DNA from: Candidatus Dormiibacterota bacterium
GTDB taxonomy: Bacteria > Chloroflexota > Dormibacteria > Aeolococcales > Aeolococcaceae
DNA length: 64,000 nt
Direction: 5' to 3'
Assembly (NCBI GenBank): GCA_036495095.1
Contig: DASXNK010000194.1
Coordinates: 14,498-78,497 of the forward strand
In this document: in pieces, positions 39,245 to 48,889 of the stretch
Numbering within the stretch: the first letter of the stretch is position 1
Layout: each line of letters opens with the position of its first letter
Made by a program: the position numbers and the translations under genes
The notes under the pieces: model-generated
What the model was told of the DNA's origin: nothing
Databases searched by the model: none
The model's input: only the letters and a program-made list of their open reading frames with translations

Positions 39245-41379
39245 GCCGGGCTTGCCGTCCCGGCGCCGGCGGCCTGCGCCTGCTTGCCCGCCAGCTCGCT
39301 GATCGCCAGCTTGCGGGAGAGGTTGACGCGGCCCTTGTCGTCGATCTCGATGACCTTGACCATGATCTCGTCACCGATGTTGACCACGTCCTCGACCTTG
39401 TTGACGCGGTGGTCGGCGAGCTGGGAGATGTGGACCAGCCCGTCCTTCTTCGGCAGGATCTCGACGAAGGCGCCGAAGTTCATGATCCGGACCACCTTGC
39501 CCTTGTAGATCTTGCCCACCTCCACGTCCTCGGTGAGGTCGCGGATCATGGCGATCGCCTGCTGCATCGCGGCGCCGTCGTTCGAGGCGATCGACACCCG
39601 GCCGTCGTCCTCGACGTCGATCTGGACGCCGGTCTCCTCGACGATCCGGCGGATGGTCTTGCCACCCGGGCCGATGACGTCGCGGATCTTGTCGGGGTTG
39701 ATCTGGATGGTCTCGATGCGTGGCGCCCACATCGACATCTCCTCCCGCGGCGCGGGCAGGGTCTCGGTCATCTTGCCGAGGATGTGCAGCCGGCCCACCC
39801 GGGCCTGCTCCAGCGCCTGCTCCATCAGCTCCCAGCGGAGCCCCTTGATCTTCATGTCCATCTGCAGGGCGGTGATGCCCGTCTCGGTGCCGGCGACCTT
39901 GAAGTCCATGTCGCCGAGGGCGTCCTCCATCCCCTGGATGTCGCTGAGGATGGCCGCCCTGTCACTGTTCTCGTCGGTGATCAGCCCCATGGCGATGCCC
40001 GCCACCGGCGCCTTCAGCGGCACCCCGGCGTCCATCAGCGCCATCGTCGAGCCGCACACCGAGGCCATCGAGGTGGAGCCGTTGCTGCTCAGGATCTCGC
40101 TGACGATGCGGACCACGTACGGGAAGTCCTCGTCGGAGGGCATCACGTTGTGCACCGCGCGCTCGGCGAGCGCGCCGTGACCGATCTCCCGCCGGCCCGC
40201 GGAGCGCAGCGGGCGCGCCTCCCCGACCGAGTAGGGCGGGAAGTTGTAGTGGTGCATGAAGCGCTTGAACTCCTCGAGACCGAGGCCGTCCAGCTTCTGC
40301 TGATCCTGGCCGGAACCGAGGGTGACGACGCTCAGCGCCTGGGTCTGGCCGCGGGTGAAGAGGGCGCTGCCGTGGGTGCGGGGAAGCAGACCGACCTGCG
40401 ACCAGATGTGCCGGATCTCGTCGGTGCGGCGGCCGTCAGGACGGATGCCCTCGTCGAGGATGGCGGCGCGCACGGCGCGCTTGACCTCGCCCTCGAACGC
40501 CTTCTTGATCTCGGCCTCGCGATCGACGAAGCGCGGCGCCAGCTGCTCGACGGTCTGCTTCTTGAGCTCGTCGAGGGCCCGCTCCCGGGCCGCCTTGTCG
40601 GCGTTGCGGGCGGCCTCGCCGATGCTGCCGGCGATCGCCTCGGCCACCGCGGCCTTGACCTCGGGGTCGACCGCGTTGGAGGGATAGGTCATCGGCGCCT
40701 TGCCGACCTTCGCCTTGATCTCGTTCTGGAAGGCGACCAGGCGGCGGATCTCGTCGTGGGCGAGGTGGAGCGCCTGGAGCATGACCGCCTCGGGCACCTG
40801 CATGGCCCCCGCCTCGACCATGCCGATGGCGTCGTCGGTGCCGGCCACGATCAGGTCGAGGTCGGACTCCTGGAGTTCCTGCAGGGTGGGATTCAGCACC
40901 AGCCGGCCGTCGATGAGGCCGACCCGGACGCAGCCCACCGGGCCCGCGTGGGGGACGTCGCTGATCGCCAGGGCGAGCGATGCGCCGGTGACAGCGAGCG
41001 TGACCGGGTCGTTCTCCTGGTCGGCGCTGACCACGGTGGCGACCACCTGGACGTCGTTGCGGAAGTCCTTGGGGAAGAGCGGCCGCAGCGGCCGGTCCAT
41101 CAGCCGGCAGGCGAGCGTCGCCGCCTCGGTGGGACGGCCCTCACGGCGGGGGAAGCTGCCGGGGATGCGACCCGCGGCGTAGAGCTTCTCCTCGTAGTCG
41201 CAGGTGAGCGGGAAGAAGTCGATGCCCTCTCGGGGCTGGTGCGCGCCCACCGCGGTGACCAGCACCATGGTGTCGCCGGAGCGGATGAGCACGGCGCCGC
41301 TGGCCTGCTCTGCGATGTGGCCGGTCTCGACGGTGAGCTTTCGGCCGGTGTAGTCCATTTCGAATTTCTGGTAGGGCAT
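39241..41379 (-). CDS. pnp: polyribonucleotide nucleotidyltransferase (PNPase)
   Basis: Two RNase PH domains, KH, S1 '[21 protein letters not shown]'. ATG 41379 with GAGG RBS. ~310 nt leader after rpsO. Confidence 0.95.
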   Translation of the reverse strand: MPYQKFEMDYTGRKLTVETGHIAEQASGAVLIRSGDTMVLVTAVGAHQPREGIDFFPLTCDYEEKLYAAGRIPGSFPRREGRPTEAATLACRLMDRPLRPLFPKDFRNDVQVVATVVSADQENDPVTLAVTGASLALAISDVPHAGPVGCVRVGLIDGRLVLNPTLQELQESDLDLIVAGTDDAIGMVEAGAMQVPEAVMLQALHLAHDEIRRLVAFQNEIKAKVGKAPMTYPSNAVDPEVKAAVAEAIAGSIGEAARNADKAARERALDELKKQTVEQLAPRFVDREAEIKKAFEGEVKRAVRAAILDEGIRPDGRRTDEIRHIWSQVGLLPRTHGSALFTRGQTQALSVVTLGSGQDQQKLDGLGLEEFKRFMHHYNFPPYSVGEARPLRSAGRREIGHGALAERAVHNVMPSDEDFPYVVRIVSEILSSNGSTSMASVCGSTMALMDAGVPLKAPVAGIAMGLITDENSDRAAILSDIQGMEDALGDMDFKVAGTETGITALQMDMKIKGLRWELMEQALEQARVGRLHILGKMTETLPAPREEMSMWAPRIETIQINPDKIRDVIGPGGKTIRRIVEETGVQIDVEDDGRVSIASNDGAAMQQAIAMIRDLTEDVEVGKIYKGKVVRIMNFGAFVEILPKKDGLVHISQLADHRVNKVEDVVNIGDEIMVKVIEIDDKGRVNLSRKLAISELAGKQAQAAGAGTASPA

Positions 41380-41637
41380 GGGAACCTCGGATGTCGGGTG
41401 ATGATCCCGGTCCGGGTATCTCCGCCACGGGCACCTGCGCCACCGAGGGTGAGGTGTTGGGGATGAGAGAGCGACGGTGCGGTCGCGCCGTTGGGCAGCG
41501 GTCCGTTGCCGATCTCCGATCGCCAACGTCTCACCGCGTCGGCCGCGCAGCGCGTCCTGTGAAGGGACACCCGCGACCGGGTGGGACGTGGACGGTGTGG
41601 GTTACAAAGTGTTGTAGTGGTGATGCCCACGCATCAG

Positions 41638-41667
41638 CGGGGCGAAACGCCCTCCCCGAGGAGGGCG
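41638..41667 (-). terminator. GC-rich hairpin(s) (GGGCGaaaCGCCC / GCCCTCCccgaGGAGGGC) directly after rpsO; likely a partial terminator/attenuator before pnp
   Basis: Perfect 7-bp stem and adjacent 5-bp stem read from the sequence. Followed on the coding strand by only a short GTTTCG tract, so read-through is likely. Confidence 0.45.
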
Positions 41668-41689
41668 GCGGCCATTGAGCGCTGGCAGC

Positions 41690-41956
41690 TCAGCGGCGCA
41701 GTCCCAGGCGGGCGATGATGGCACGGTAGCGCGACACATCGGTCCGGGTCAGGTAGTCGAGCATCCGCCGGCGGCGTCCGACCAGCTTCAGCAGACCGCG
41801 CCGGGAGGCGTGATCCTGCGGGTGCTCGCGCAGATGCTCGGTGAGCATCCTGATGCGCTCGCTGAGGATCGCGATCTGCACCTCCGCCGAGCCGGTGTCG
41901 GTCTCGTGCTGGCGGTGCTCGGCGATGATCTCGGACTTCTCGCGGATGTCGGGCAC
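41690..41956 (-). CDS. rpsO: 30S ribosomal protein S15
   Basis: 88 aa '[59 protein letters not shown]'. Confidence 0.95.
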   Translation of the reverse strand: MPDIREKSEIIAEHRQHETDTGSAEVQIAILSERIRMLTEHLREHPQDHASRRGLLKLVGRRRRMLDYLTRTDVSRYRAIIARLGLRR

Positions 41957-42102
41957 TGGGTTCTCCTGGGGCCCTGGAGCGGGCAGTCACCGTGCGGAGG
42001 GCCGTTCGCCGCGCATCGCTGGACGCGTCACCACGGCGGGGGCTCCCCGCAGGTCGTGAGGGAGTGTACAGGAAGGCGGGGGTCGGCACCCGGCGCCGGG
42101 CC

Positions 42103-43020
42103 TCAGCCGGGGGCGCAGAGGCGGACCGCCCCGGGCAGGATCTCCAGCGTGGCCGGCGCCGGGCCCACCTCCTCCCCCTCCATCTCGAAGCAGAGCGGCG
42201 GCTGCTCGAGGGGGGTCACCCGCACCCTGCGGCCGTGGAGGAGGCGGATGCCGGGCTGCCCGATGTGGGTCCCCGCGTAGATGCGGCGGATCCCGGTGAG
42301 CGAGCGCAGCCGGGGCAGGTCGCCGAAGAGCACCACGTCGAAGAGACCGTCGGCGGGATCCGCGCCCGGGGCGACGCACATGCCGCCGCCGAAGTAGCGG
42401 CCGTTGGCGATCACCACGTTCTGGTAGCGGCCCTCCTCGGCGACGCCGTCGATCTCCACCCGCGCCGCCCTCGGCCGGTAGCTGAGCAGCGAGGCCAGCG
42501 AGTGCCAGAGGAACGTCGCCGTGCCCCCGGCCCGCTTGCTGCTGCGGTTGACCCGGCCGACCACCTCGCCGCCGATGCCGCAGTCGGCGATGTTGATGAA
42601 ATGCCGGGGCGCGGCGCCGTCGAGGGTGATCCGGCCCACGTCGACGGGCCGGCTGGCGCCGGCGGCGAGCACCGCGGCGGCGCCGGCCGCGCTCGCGGGG
42701 ATCCCGGCGGTGCGGCGGAAGTCGCCGCCGGTGCCGCTGGGGAGCAGCCCGAGCACCGCCAGCGGGGCGATCGCGCTCCCGTCGGCGTCGAGGAACCCGT
42801 TGACCACCTCGTTCAGGGTGCCGTCGCCGCCCACCGCCACCACCCGCTCGCAGCCCTCGCGCAGCGCCGCGCGGGTCAGCTCGGTGGCCTCCCGCGGGGC
42901 GGTGGTGAGACGCTCCTCGACCTCCACCCCGGCGGCGGCGAGCACCCGGCGCGTCTCCGGCCAGCTCCGGCCGGTGCGCCCGGCGCAGCTCGCGGGGTTG
43001 ACGACGGCGACGGTGGTCAC
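42103..43020 (-). CDS. diacylglycerol kinase catalytic-domain (DAGK/YegS/BmrU family) lipid kinase
   Basis: 'VAVVNPASCAGRTG', 'VVAVGGDGTLNEV', 'LGLLPSGTGGDF'. GTG 43020 overlaps the upstream stop (GTGA). Confidence 0.75.
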   Translation of the reverse strand: MTTVAVVNPASCAGRTGRSWPETRRVLAAAGVEVEERLTTAPREATELTRAALREGCERVVAVGGDGTLNEVVNGFLDADGSAIAPLAVLGLLPSGTGGDFRRTAGIPASAAGAAAVLAAGASRPVDVGRITLDGAAPRHFINIADCGIGGEVVGRVNRSSKRAGGTATFLWHSLASLLSYRPRAARVEIDGVAEEGRYQNVVIANGRYFGGGMCVAPGADPADGLFDVVLFGDLPRLRSLTGIRRIYAGTHIGQPGIRLLHGRRVRVTPLEQPPLCFEMEGEEVGPAPATLEILPGAVRLCAPG

Positions 43021-44201
43021 CGCGGCGCCTCCGCCGTGCCGAGGTGGGCGGCAACCGCCTCGGCCAGCTCGAGCACCGGCACCGTCGCCGCCCCCTCGAG
43101 CCGGGCGGCGCAGCGCGCACAACCGGTGACCACCGCGCTGGCGCCGGCCGCGGCCGCGGCGGCGACCTCGGCGGCGAGGCGGTCGCGGTACCCGCCCGCG
43201 ATCGTCGGGTGGGTGAGTGGCAGCCCGCCGCCGCCTCCGGAGCAGGCGGTGGTGGCGCCCCGGCCGCGCAGCTCGACGACCTCGAGCCCGAGGCCGCTCA
43301 GCACGGCCCGCGGCGGGGCGGTGCAGTCGAGGTGGCGGGCGAGGAAGCAGGGGTCGTGGTAGGCGACCCGGCCGGTGGCCCCGGCGGGGCGGCCGGCGAG
43401 CGCCGCGCCGAGAACGGCGGCGAGCGGCTCGACGGTCAGGCCGGCGCCGAGCTGCGCCGCCCGGGTCGCCAGCAGGTGGGCGCACGACGGCGACTGCACC
43501 GCCACCCGGCGCGCCCCGGTGGCGGCGACGGCGGCGCACAGCCGCTCCAGCATCGCGGTGAGCGCCCCGGTGTCGCCGAAGCTGCGCGCCGGCGCGCCGC
43601 AGCAGCGGTGCTCGTCGAGCACGGTGAAGGCGACGCCGAGGGCGTGGAGCGCCCGCCCCGCGGCCAGCGCCGCCGCCGGACGCAGGCCGAGGGCCCCGCA
43701 GCCGGGGAGCAGCAGCATCCCGGCACCGGGGGTGGCGAGGCGGCGGAGCCCGGCGAGCGTCCCCGCCGGGTCGGTCCAGGCCGGCGTGCCCGTCTCGGCG
43801 GCGGGAACCCGGCCGGCGGCGGCCTCGGCCACCGCGCGCAGCCCCACCGGCGGGGTGGCCCCGGCGGCGAAGACGGCGGCACGCACCGCCCAGCTCAGCT
43901 CCGGGGTCTCCACCCCGTCCACCCGGCAGGGTGGCGTGCAGGCGCCGCAGGTGGCGCAGGCGAACGCGGCCTCGGCGGTGGCCGGCGCGGCGAATCCGCC
44001 GGGGGTGCGCAGCGCCGCGAGCACGCTGCGGGCGTGGCCCCAGGGCTGGTGGCGCTCGTTGGCGGTCACCGCCAGGGTGGGGCAGGCACTGCGGCACATC
44101 TTCGGACAGGCGGCGCAGCGCCCGGCGGCGATCGCCTGCGCCTCCGGCAGGGGGAGGGCGGTCATCGCGCCGGCGATGAGCGGCCGGGGGGAGTCCCCCA
44201 C
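43017..44201 (-). CDS. Fe-S oxidoreductase with two cysteine-rich CCG domains (GlcF/GlpC-like)
   Basis: 'CAACPKMCRSACPT' ferredoxin-type motif plus 'HDPCFLARHLDC' CCG motif. Confidence 0.7.
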   Translation of the reverse strand: MGDSPRPLIAGAMTALPLPEAQAIAAGRCAACPKMCRSACPTLAVTANERHQPWGHARSVLAALRTPGGFAAPATAEAAFACATCGACTPPCRVDGVETPELSWAVRAAVFAAGATPPVGLRAVAEAAAGRVPAAETGTPAWTDPAGTLAGLRRLATPGAGMLLLPGCGALGLRPAAALAAGRALHALGVAFTVLDEHRCCGAPARSFGDTGALTAMLERLCAAVAATGARRVAVQSPSCAHLLATRAAQLGAGLTVEPLAAVLGAALAGRPAGATGRVAYHDPCFLARHLDCTAPPRAVLSGLGLEVVELRGRGATTACSGGGGGLPLTHPTIAGGYRDRLAAEVAAAAAAGASAVVTGCARCAARLEGAATVPVLELAEAVAAHLGTAEAPR

Positions 44202-44214
44202 GACAGGCCCGCGC

Positions 44215-45645
44215 TCACAGCCCCCACTTCCCCGGGTTGGCGACCCCGCCGGGGTCGAGCGCCAGCTTCAGCCGGCGGAGCACCTCGAGCCCGCCCTCCC
44301 CCAGCTCCGCGGCCATGTGGGGAGCCCGGGCGAGGCCGGCGCCGTGATGGTGGCCGATGCTCGCCCCGGTCTCGGCGGCGGCCGCCATCACCTCCTCCCA
44401 GAGCCGCTCGTGGAGGGGGACCGCCGCCTCCTCCTCGGCGGCGACGCCGGCGAAGCTGAAGTACAGGCAGGCCCCGTCGGGGTAGCCGTGGCTGAGGTGG
44501 CAGAGCACGATCAGCCGTCCCCCCAGCCGACGGCGCACCGCCTCGTGGAGGGCCACCAGCCGCGACCAGGGAGCGGCGAGCTCGACGGTGTCGATCACCG
44601 CGCCGGGCAGGGGCAGGTAGCGCGCCTGGGCGAAGCCGATGTCGTCGCGGCGCGCGTACCAGGCGGCGACCGCGCCGGGGTCGCAGGCACGGGCGCCGTG
44701 GGCGGCGCAGATCGCGGCGAGCTCGGCGGCCTCGGCCCCGGCGACCCCGGCGCGGCCCTCGCAGGAGGTGAGCAGGAGCGCATCATCGTCCAGCCCCTCC
44801 CCCGCCCCCGCACCCACCCCCAGCTCGGCGGCCTGGAGGGCGGTGTCGGCGGGGTCGTAGAGGCGGAGCAGCGAGGGCCGCAGCCCGGCCTGGAGGAGCT
44901 CGCGCACCGCCGCCACCCCGGCCGCGAAGGTGGCGAACACGGCGGCGTGGTCGACCCGCCGCTCCGGCAGCGGACGGAGCCGGAGGGTCACCTCGACCAC
45001 CACTCCGAAGCCGCCCTCGCTGCCCAGGAACAGGCGGCGCAGATCGGGACCGGCGCCGCTCGCGGGCTGGGCGCGGAGGGAGACGGCGGTGCCGTCGGGG
45101 AGCACCGCCTCGAGGCCGGCGACGAGGTCGTCGATGCGCCCGTAGCGGGTGCTCAGCTGCCCCGCCGAACGGGTGGCCACGAAGCCGCCGACGGTGGACA
45201 GCGCCAGCGAGGAGGGGTGGTGGCCGGTGGTGCGGCCACGCTCGCGGCAGGCGTCCTCGAGGCGGCTGCCGAGCACCCCGGGCTCGACCACGACCCAGCC
45301 GCTCTCCAGATCCCAGTCGAGGATGCGGTCGAGCCGCTTGAGGTCGAGCACCACCCCGCCCCGGACCGGGACCGCGGCGCCGCACACCCCGGTGCCGGCG
45401 CCGAAGGGCGTGAAGGGCACCCCGGCACGGTGGCAGGTGGCGCAGACGGCTGCGACCTGTTCGCGGTCGGCGGGCCAGACCACTGCGTCGGGGCCGGGCA
45501 GGGGGTGGCCGCCGCGCTCGGCGATCAGCGCCCGCGGCCAGAGGTCGTGGGCGACGGCGTCGCGGTCGGCGGGCTCGGTGCTGAGCCCGCGGTCGCCGAC
45601 GGCCTCGCGGAGCTCGTCGAGAAACCCCGCAGGCAGAGCGCTCAC
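44215..45645 (-). CDS. FAD-linked oxidase (PCMH/GlcD family; FAD_binding_4 plus FAD-oxidase_C)
   Basis: 'PFTPFGAGTGVCGAAVP', 'GHHPSSLALSTVGGFVATRSAG'. GTG 45645 overlaps the upstream stop. The track ORF overextends. Confidence 0.7.
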   Translation of the reverse strand: MSALPAGFLDELREAVGDRGLSTEPADRDAVAHDLWPRALIAERGGHPLPGPDAVVWPADREQVAAVCATCHRAGVPFTPFGAGTGVCGAAVPVRGGVVLDLKRLDRILDWDLESGWVVVEPGVLGSRLEDACRERGRTTGHHPSSLALSTVGGFVATRSAGQLSTRYGRIDDLVAGLEAVLPDGTAVSLRAQPASGAGPDLRRLFLGSEGGFGVVVEVTLRLRPLPERRVDHAAVFATFAAGVAAVRELLQAGLRPSLLRLYDPADTALQAAELGVGAGAGEGLDDDALLLTSCEGRAGVAGAEAAELAAICAAHGARACDPGAVAAWYARRDDIGFAQARYLPLPGAVIDTVELAAPWSRLVALHEAVRRRLGGRLIVLCHLSHGYPDGACLYFSFAGVAAEEEAAVPLHERLWEEVMAAAAETGASIGHHHGAGLARAPHMAAELGEGGLEVLRRLKLALDPGGVANPGKWGL

Positions 45646-46937
45646 GCCGCCGCGACGCCGCGCAGGCGCGCCGCGGCCCGGCCGGCGCGCGCCCCCGTCC
45701 AGGCGGCGACGCCGAGGCCGCCGCCGCGCAGGGTGGTGTCGAGGCCACCGAGCAGAGCCCCGCAGGCGAGGAGGTTGTCGAGCACCGGGGCGCCGAAGCC
45801 GTCGACGGGGCGGCCCTCGGCGTCGGTGCGCACCCCGGCGGCGAGAAACGGCTGGGGCGTGAAGCGGGTTCGCTCGACCAGGTCGCGCGGGCTCTGCGCC
45901 TCGAGGGCGAGACCGCCGGCGAAGAGGGGCAGCCCGAGCAGCGGCTCGCGCGGCCGGGGCTCGCCGGTCAGCCCTCCACCGAGGAACTTCCCGGTGGCGA
46001 GGATCAGCACCTGGCAGCTCAGGGTGTCGCCGTCGGCGGCCACGACCGCGGTGACCCGGCGCCCGCCGCGGTGCACCCCCGTCACCGTGCCGGTGATCAC
46101 CTCCACCCCGGCGCGGCGGGCCATCGCCTCGGCGGCGCGGGCGAGCCGCCATCCCGGCGCCGACGGCGGCGGGCTGAGCAGCTCGGCGACCCGCACCCCG
46201 GCGGCCGCCTCGACCCGGGCGCGGACCCCGTCGGCGTCCTCGAGGCCGAGCACGGCGGGGAGCAGCGCCAGCTCCACGTCGCCGTCGCCGAGCCCGGCGC
46301 GGAGTGCCGCGCCCAGCGCCTCGGCCCCGCCCGGGCCCTCGACGGCGCGGGCGACGGTGGCGTCGTCGAGGTCTCCGGCGAGGCTCTCGTCGATGCCCGG
46401 AAGCTCCGGGTCGAGGGTGACGGCGCGGGCGGAGACGGCGTCGCCGAGGCGCTCGGCGATGGCCGCCGCGACCGCCGGGGCGTCGACGCGCAGCAGCCCG
46501 CGGATGCCGGCGACCGCGACCCGCCCGCCGCCGTCGAGGTCGCCTGCGCCAATGGTCTCGAGCACCACCCCCGCCCGGCGCAGCTGGCCGGTCACCGCGG
46601 CGAGCAGGGCCGGCCGGTCCAGGCCCACCCGCAGCCGGAGGCCGGCCCCGCCGAGCTCGGCGGCGAGGCGGCGGGCCTCGGCCTCGAGCTCGAACCGCGG
46701 GGGCGGCGCGGCGCCGCCGGCGACGTAGGGGTGGTCGGGCGCGTCGCGGGCGAGGCGGCCGAGCCAGCCTCCGGGGTCGGCGGCCTCGGCCGGAGGGACG
46801 AGGTCGAGGGCACCGGAGGAGACCGCAGTCGCAGCCGGGCCGCGCCGGACCAGGACGACCTGGAGCCCGGCACGGGCGGCGGTCACCGCCGCCCAGGCGC
46901 CCGCGAGTCCCCCGCCGACAACGACGACCTCCGGCAT
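45642..46937 (-). CDS. FAD-dependent oxidoreductase (GlpB-like Rossmann flavoprotein)
   Basis: 'VVVVGGGLAGAWAAVTAARAGLQVVLV' dinucleotide-binding motif; 431 aa. ATG 46937. Confidence 0.6.
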   Translation of the reverse strand: MPEVVVVGGGLAGAWAAVTAARAGLQVVLVRRGPAATAVSSGALDLVPPAEAADPGGWLGRLARDAPDHPYVAGGAAPPPRFELEAEARRLAAELGGAGLRLRVGLDRPALLAAVTGQLRRAGVVLETIGAGDLDGGGRVAVAGIRGLLRVDAPAVAAAIAERLGDAVSARAVTLDPELPGIDESLAGDLDDATVARAVEGPGGAEALGAALRAGLGDGDVELALLPAVLGLEDADGVRARVEAAAGVRVAELLSPPPSAPGWRLARAAEAMARRAGVEVITGTVTGVHRGGRRVTAVVAADGDTLSCQVLILATGKFLGGGLTGEPRPREPLLGLPLFAGGLALEAQSPRDLVERTRFTPQPFLAAGVRTDAEGRPVDGFGAPVLDNLLACGALLGGLDTTLRGGGLGVAAWTGARAGRAAARLRGVAAA

Positions 46938-46995
46938 GTCGCGGATGCTACCGGGCGCCGGCCCTCGGGCGGCCGCTCCGGCTGGGTGTGATCCG

Positions 46996-47946
46996 CTACC
47001 CGAGCTCGGCGGGCGCGCTCCCCGGACGCAGCCGCAGCCGGGTCTCCACCACATCCCGCCGCATCTGCTCGCTCAGCGCCTCCGGCGTGGCATAGCGGAC
47101 GTCGTCCCGCAGCCGCGACATGAACGCCACCCGCACCGGCTGGTGGTAGATGTCGCCGGAGAAGTCGAGCAGGTGGGGCTCGACGGTCAGCTTCGTCCCC
47201 CCGAAGGTGGGGCGGTAGCCGACGTAGGTCGCCGCCGCGTGCCACTCCCCGCGCACCCTCACCCAGGTGGCGTAGATGCCCCGCGGCGGCAGGCACTTGC
47301 CCGGGGTGATCGCCAGGTTGGCGGTCGGAAAGCCGAGCCCGGTGCCGATCCTCTCGCCGTGCTCGACCCGGGAGTCGACGAAGTAGGGGTGTCCGAGCAC
47401 GCGGTTGGCGCTGTCGAGGTCGCCGTGGGAGAGGGCGGCGCGCACCAGCGAGCTGGAGAACACCTCTCCCCCCTCGCGCTCGGCGTCGACCACGTCGACG
47501 TCGAAGCCCCGGGTGGCGCCCCAGGAGCGCAGGAAGGGGATGTCGCCGCTGCGGCGGTGGCCGAGGGCGAAGTCGTGGCCCACCACCATTCGGCGCAGGT
47601 TGAAGCCCTGGCTGAGCCGCTCCAGGAACTGCTCGGCGGTCCAGCGGCTGAGCTCGTGGGTGAACTCGAGCACCACCAGCCGGTCGAGCCCGGCGGCGGT
47701 GAGCAGGTCGGCCTTCTCGTCGAGGGTGGTCAGCCGCGGCGGGCAGTGATCGGGGTCGAGCACGCAGCGCGGATGGGGGTCGAAGGTGACCAGCACCGAC
47801 TCGCCGCCGTGCTCGGGAGCGGCGGACACCATCCGGTCGACGATGCGGCGGTGACCCCGGTGAACCCCGTCGAAGTTGCCGATGGTGACGAACGCGAGCG
47901 GGTCGCCCTCGCCGGCGCCGTCGGGCAGCCCGAACTCGGTCCTCAC
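46996..47946 (-). CDS. ribF: bifunctional riboflavin kinase / FMN adenylyltransferase
   Basis: 'VTIGNFDGVHRGHRRI', 'PTANL', flavokinase C-domain. Confidence 0.9.
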   Translation of the reverse strand: MRTEFGLPDGAGEGDPLAFVTIGNFDGVHRGHRRIVDRMVSAAPEHGGESVLVTFDPHPRCVLDPDHCPPRLTTLDEKADLLTAAGLDRLVVLEFTHELSRWTAEQFLERLSQGFNLRRMVVGHDFALGHRRSGDIPFLRSWGATRGFDVDVVDAEREGGEVFSSSLVRAALSHGDLDSANRVLGHPYFVDSRVEHGERIGTGLGFPTANLAITPGKCLPPRGIYATWVRVRGEWHAAATYVGYRPTFGGTKLTVEPHLLDFSGDIYHQPVRVAFMSRLRDDVRYATPEALSEQMRRDVVETRLRLRPGSAPAELG

Positions 47947-47947
47947 C

Positions 47948-48889
47948 TCAGCACCCGGCCAGCACCTTGGTGGGGCGGTAGAGATTGCCGGTGAGCTCGC
48001 CGACGGCGAGCAGCTCGCCGAGCGCGCTGTGGGCGCGGCAGGCCCCGCGGGGACGCGGATCGGGCAGCTTCGGCACCCACACCGACTGCCCGCGCTGCAC
48101 CTGGAGCGCCTGGGCGGGGCCGAGGTCGAGCCGGGGGAGGAAGGCGACGGCGAGGTCGAGCGGGCGGAGTGCGGCGGCGGGGTCGTCCATCGCCTCCAGC
48201 TCCGCGACGGTGATCGAGTCGGCGACGGTCATCGGGCCGTAGGCGGTGCGCTCGAGCCAGGCGAGCAGCCCGCCGGTTCCGAGGGCGTCGCCCACGTCGG
48301 AGGCGAGCACGCGCATGTAGGTGCCCTTGCCGCAGAGAACGTCGACCTCGGCCTCGGCGACCTCGCCGGGGCGGAACTCGAGCAGCCGTGCCTCGAGGAT
48401 CGTGACCGGGCGCGGCTGCCGCTCCACCTCCACCCCCTGGCGGGCGAGCTCGTAGAGGTGGCGCCCGTCGTGGCGCACCGCCGAGTGCATCGGCGGCACC
48501 TGCTCGATGTCGCCGACGAAGCGCGCCAGCGCCGCACGCACCGCGTCGGCGTCGACCGCGCTCGCATCGCCGGTGCGGGTGACCTCGCCCTCGAGGTCCA
48601 TGGTGGTGCTGCGCTCGCCGAGGCGGAGCACGCAGTGATAGCGCTTGGGCTGCTGGTGCAGGTAGTCGACCAGCCGGGTGGCCTGGCCGACACAGATCGG
48701 GAGCAGCCCGGTGGCGGCAGGATCGAGCGTCCCGGCGTGCCCCACGCGGCGCTCGCCGAGGATGCGGCGCACGTCGCGCACCGCCTGGAACGAGGTCACC
48801 CCCCGCGCCTTGTTGAGCGGCACGATGCCGTGATGGCGCGCGGGTGGGCGCCCCCGCCGGGTGGGGGCCGCCGTGACCGTCTCGTTCAC
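47948..48889 (-). CDS. truB: tRNA pseudouridine(55) synthase
   Basis: 'GIVPLNKARGVTSFQAVRDVRRILGERRVGHAGTLDPAATGLLPICVGQATRL'. GTG 48889 overlaps the nrnA stop. Confidence 0.9.
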   Translation of the reverse strand: MNETVTAAPTRRGRPPARHHGIVPLNKARGVTSFQAVRDVRRILGERRVGHAGTLDPAATGLLPICVGQATRLVDYLHQQPKRYHCVLRLGERSTTMDLEGEVTRTGDASAVDADAVRAALARFVGDIEQVPPMHSAVRHDGRHLYELARQGVEVERQPRPVTILEARLLEFRPGEVAEAEVDVLCGKGTYMRVLASDVGDALGTGGLLAWLERTAYGPMTVADSITVAELEAMDDPAAALRPLDLAVAFLPRLDLGPAQALQVQRGQSVWVPKLPDPRPRGACRAHSALGELLAVGELTGNLYRPTKVLAGC

